From contig NC_042999.1 of assembly GCF_006345805.1 (NCBI RefSeq), forward strand, positions 22,506,001 to 22,570,000: a stretch of DNA of 64,000 bases, in the 5' to 3' direction. Below the pieces are notes generated by a model. It was not told where the DNA came from, did no database searches, and was given only the letters and a program-made list of their open reading frames with translations. How positions within the stretch are numbered: the first letter of the stretch is position 1; each line of letters begins with the position of its first letter. The stretch is from Octopus sinensis (lineage: Eukaryota). The translations under genes and the position numbers were made by a program. Positions 61,208 through 64,000 of this stretch are shown in pieces.

Positions 61208-61222
61208 AAAAAAGATGATGCG
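61208..61222 (+). CDS. Candidate 15-nt microexon (AAAAAAGATGATGCG; KKDDA in phase 0)
   Basis: …TTAATGCTG(T)n ATTTCAG | 15 nt | GTAAGT. Both splice sites are strong, there is a UGC just upstream of the poly-U tract, and the length preserves frame. Confidence 0.6.
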
Positions 61223-61359
61223 GTAAGTAACTTTATGTACATGTGTGTGTTTGTGTGTGTATGTTTGTGTGTGCGCGTGTGTGCGTGCGTGCATGCGTGC
61301 ATACAATTCACATTACATACAATACTTATATGTAATATGAATAGATAAATAGATAGATA

Positions 61360-61450
61360 GACACACACATACAAATACATACACACACATACATACATAC
61401 ATACATACATACATACACACACACATACATACATACATACATACATACAT

Positions 61451-61481
<31 letters not shown>

Positions 61482-61526
61482 TACATACATACATACATAC
61501 ATACATACACACATACATACATACAT

Positions 61527-61557
<31 letters not shown>

Positions 61558-61578
61558 TACATACACACACACATACAT

Positions 61579-61609
<31 letters not shown>

Positions 61610-61721
61610 TACATACACACACACATACATACATACATACATACACACATACATACATACATACATACATACACACACACATACATACATACATACATAC
61701 ATACATACATACATACATACA

Positions 61722-61750
<29 letters not shown>
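61360..61750. repeat. (TACA)/(CA) compound microsatellite
   Basis: Seen directly. Confidence 0.95.
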
Positions 61751-61753
<3 letters not shown>

Positions 61754-62619
61754 ATAATAAAATGAAAAATACACATTGTGTACAGGACATGACCAACGAG
61801 TGAAAAATATGTAAACACACGAGAGATGAGTACAGGACAAAATACCAAAAAAAGATAACTCGTCATCAGTTGTCAGACTGTTTATTACTCCCGTTTCGTG
61901 CTTTTAAAGTCAATATAGGGAACTTCATAAGGCAGCAGCATCCAGAAATTTATAAAATATAAAATTCATGGTGAGTTACAGCTGTATGTATGTATGCATG
62001 CATGTACGTATATGTATGTTGCTTAATGTCGAGCGAATGCATGCATGTACGTATGTACGTACATACGGATGTACGTTCATACGTATGTACGTACGTACGT
62101 ATGTATGTATGTATGTATGTATGTATGTATGAATGTATGTATGTATGTATGATTGTATGCATGTACGTATGTATGTATGTATGTATGTATGTATGTATGT
62201 ATGTATGTATGTATGTATGTATGTATGTATGTATGTATGCAGGTACGTATATGTATTTTGCTTAATGTCGAGCGAATGCGAAAGTTACGTCTCCGTGACT
62301 TAGCGTTTCGGATAAAGAGAACGATAGAGTGGTAAGAAATTCTCAAGACAGTTGAACAGCAGGCCTTCAGAAAAGAAACCCCTGTCAGGTAAGTGTTTCG
62401 GCCTTTAACTTCTTACGCTCTACGGGAACAGACCGCACCCAGGTCATAACTCCTGTGTGCCCTTCGGCTGGCACATTTTAGCCCCTTGGATATCGGAGGT
62501 TTGTGCCTTTTAACCGAAATACCAAACTTTAAAAAATATAAGAATCGAAGCCGATTTGAATGTTGTATTATTTATCTTTTATTTGTTGCAGTTTTATTTG
62601 CCCGTGTTAGTAGGGTGCC

Positions 62620-63004
62620 AAGAGCACCATCCGAGCGTGATCGTTGCCAGACCGGCTAACTGGCTTCCGTGCCGGTGGCACGTAAAAGGGCACCATTCGG
62701 GCGTGATCGTTACCAGCGTCGCCTTACTGGCACCTGTGCTGGTGGCATGTGTAAAAAGATTCGAGCGAGGTCATTGCCAGTACCGCCTGATTGGCCCCCG
62801 TGCTGGTGGCACGTAAAAAACACCCACTACACTCTCGGAGTGGTTGGCGTTAGGAAGGGCATCCAGCTGTAGAAACTCTGCCACATCAAGATTGGAGCCT
62901 GGTGCAGCCATCTGGTTCGCCAGTCCTCAGTCAAAATCGTCCAACCCATGCTAGCATGGAAAGCGAACGTTAAACGATGGTGATGATGATGATGATGATG
63001 ATGA
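62620..63004 (+). mobile_element. RTE-tail-type short retroposon with three ~65-bp internal repeats and a (GAT)n tail
   Basis: Three copies of CACCATTCGAGCGTGATCGTTGCCAG…GTGCYGGTGGCACGTAAAA, then GGAGTGGTTGGCGTTAGGAAGGGCATCCAGCTGTAGAAAC…CCAACCCATGCTAGCATGGAAAGCGAACGTTAAACGATG(ATG)n. Confidence 0.75.
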
Positions 63005-63601
63005 TTTGTTTCAGTCATTGGATTGTGGCCTTGCTGGAGCATAACCTTAAAGGGAGTTAATCGAACAAACCGACTCCAGTACTTATTCTATCGATTTGTC
63101 CGACTAAACTGTTCAAAGCGGTGCCCCAGCATGGCTGCTCCCCAATGACTGAATGCAGTAAATATACATGAATATCTATATTAATAAAAGCGAAATTTCG
63201 TCTGTCCGTCTGGAACCTCTATATCTCAGTCTACATTTACTTTACATAGACCTATTATACCTTTCAGGAATCAGGATTATCCCAGGATTGAAAATCCGCT
63301 CTTCATTTGGCTCTTGAACATCCAGCATTGGGATTTGATTTTAAAACATTTGGGCTGCTATTTCTAGCAGATAAAGCTTGGCTGATTCACACCATCATGC
63401 TTGACGTTTGTCAGATGATGTCAGAGATCAAGGGGCAGATAAATGACATTCGCTTCGTTAATTTTACGTCGAGATAAGAACTTTGGGACAAATTAGCCAA
63501 CAGTTGGAATTCAACTTGGGACTGGAACAATAGAATAATTGCATTACAGAATTAATTCTCATCCGTCCTTAACCTCTGATCAAACACCACCAGGGCATAT
63601 A

Positions 63602-64000
63602 CCGTAAATCCTCGAGTATAATCCGCATTTTTTTCCCAAAATTTAAAGATCAAAATCCCTAGTGCGTACTATATACGAGGTTAAAAATGAAAGATATTTT
63701 CTAAACAATGTCCAAGTCTCTATTTGCTGTCCGGCAATGTTTATTCAGATGCATTTTGTGATGTCGGGCGCGAAAATACCTTAAGCTAAGCCTGAAAGCA
63801 ATGAAGTCATAAAAGAATCATCCATAACTTGCAATAAGCAAAATTTTTTAAACGTTATTACTGATATTAGTTATTTCTTTATTTCTGCAAACAAAATGCA
63901 CAAAAAAGCTACACGTTTGCACCATGTTATATATACAATAATAATAAAGGACGTTAGCGTATACAGTTTTACAAACCAAGGACGTTATATAGACCTCCTT
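63602..64000. mobile_element. Probable Tc1/mariner-pogo-type DNA element end, running out of the window
   Basis: TA|CCGTAAATCCTCGAGTATAATCCGCA with a subterminal GTGCGTACTATATACGAGG. The other end is not visible. Confidence 0.45.

Noticed and set aside
61845-61900. Minus-strand GAAAC…GTC…CTGATGA as a permuted hammerhead; also CTGAAGA/CTGATGA at 7207, 26058, 38897 and 50536
   Set aside because: The required stems do not pair or GAAA is missing. At most these are decayed Penelope-like ends.

Overview
This is AT-rich eukaryotic (animal) genomic DNA, almost entirely intronic or intergenic, and dense with microsatellites and repeats. The tRNA-headed SINE families, the microsatellite density and the Tc1/mariner, RTE and HERO relics resemble an octopod cephalopod genome; this is inference, not a database result. 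Nearly all ORFs in the supplied track are artefacts of SINEs or microsatellites. Well-supported genes are three tRNA-Asp(GTC) copies in a locally duplicated and inverted cluster, one tRNA-Gly(TCC), and a 5'-truncated U6 pseudogene fused to a SINE head. Transposon relics include a HERO-type RLE, an RTE LINE, two CR1/Jockey-group RT pieces, a mariner, a Tc1 with an internal inversion, and several MITE/foldback families, one carrying TTAGGG repeats. Features missed by the ORF track are a signal-peptide exon (15612-15695), a 15-nt microexon with a UGC/eMIC-type 3' splice site (61208-61222), and an octamer/CCAAT/E2F promoter-like cluster (~58.2 kb). The most interesting signal is a set of minimal type I hammerhead-ribozyme-like motifs in Penelope-like terminal fragments, most of them next to (TA)n. 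One three-copy family has a non-canonical core (CUG-U/C-N-GA plus an extra A), and one core sits in the loop of a 368-bp hairpin. A 100-N gap is flanked by a ~970-bp probable false duplication. SINE boundaries are approximate (about +/-10-20 bp).
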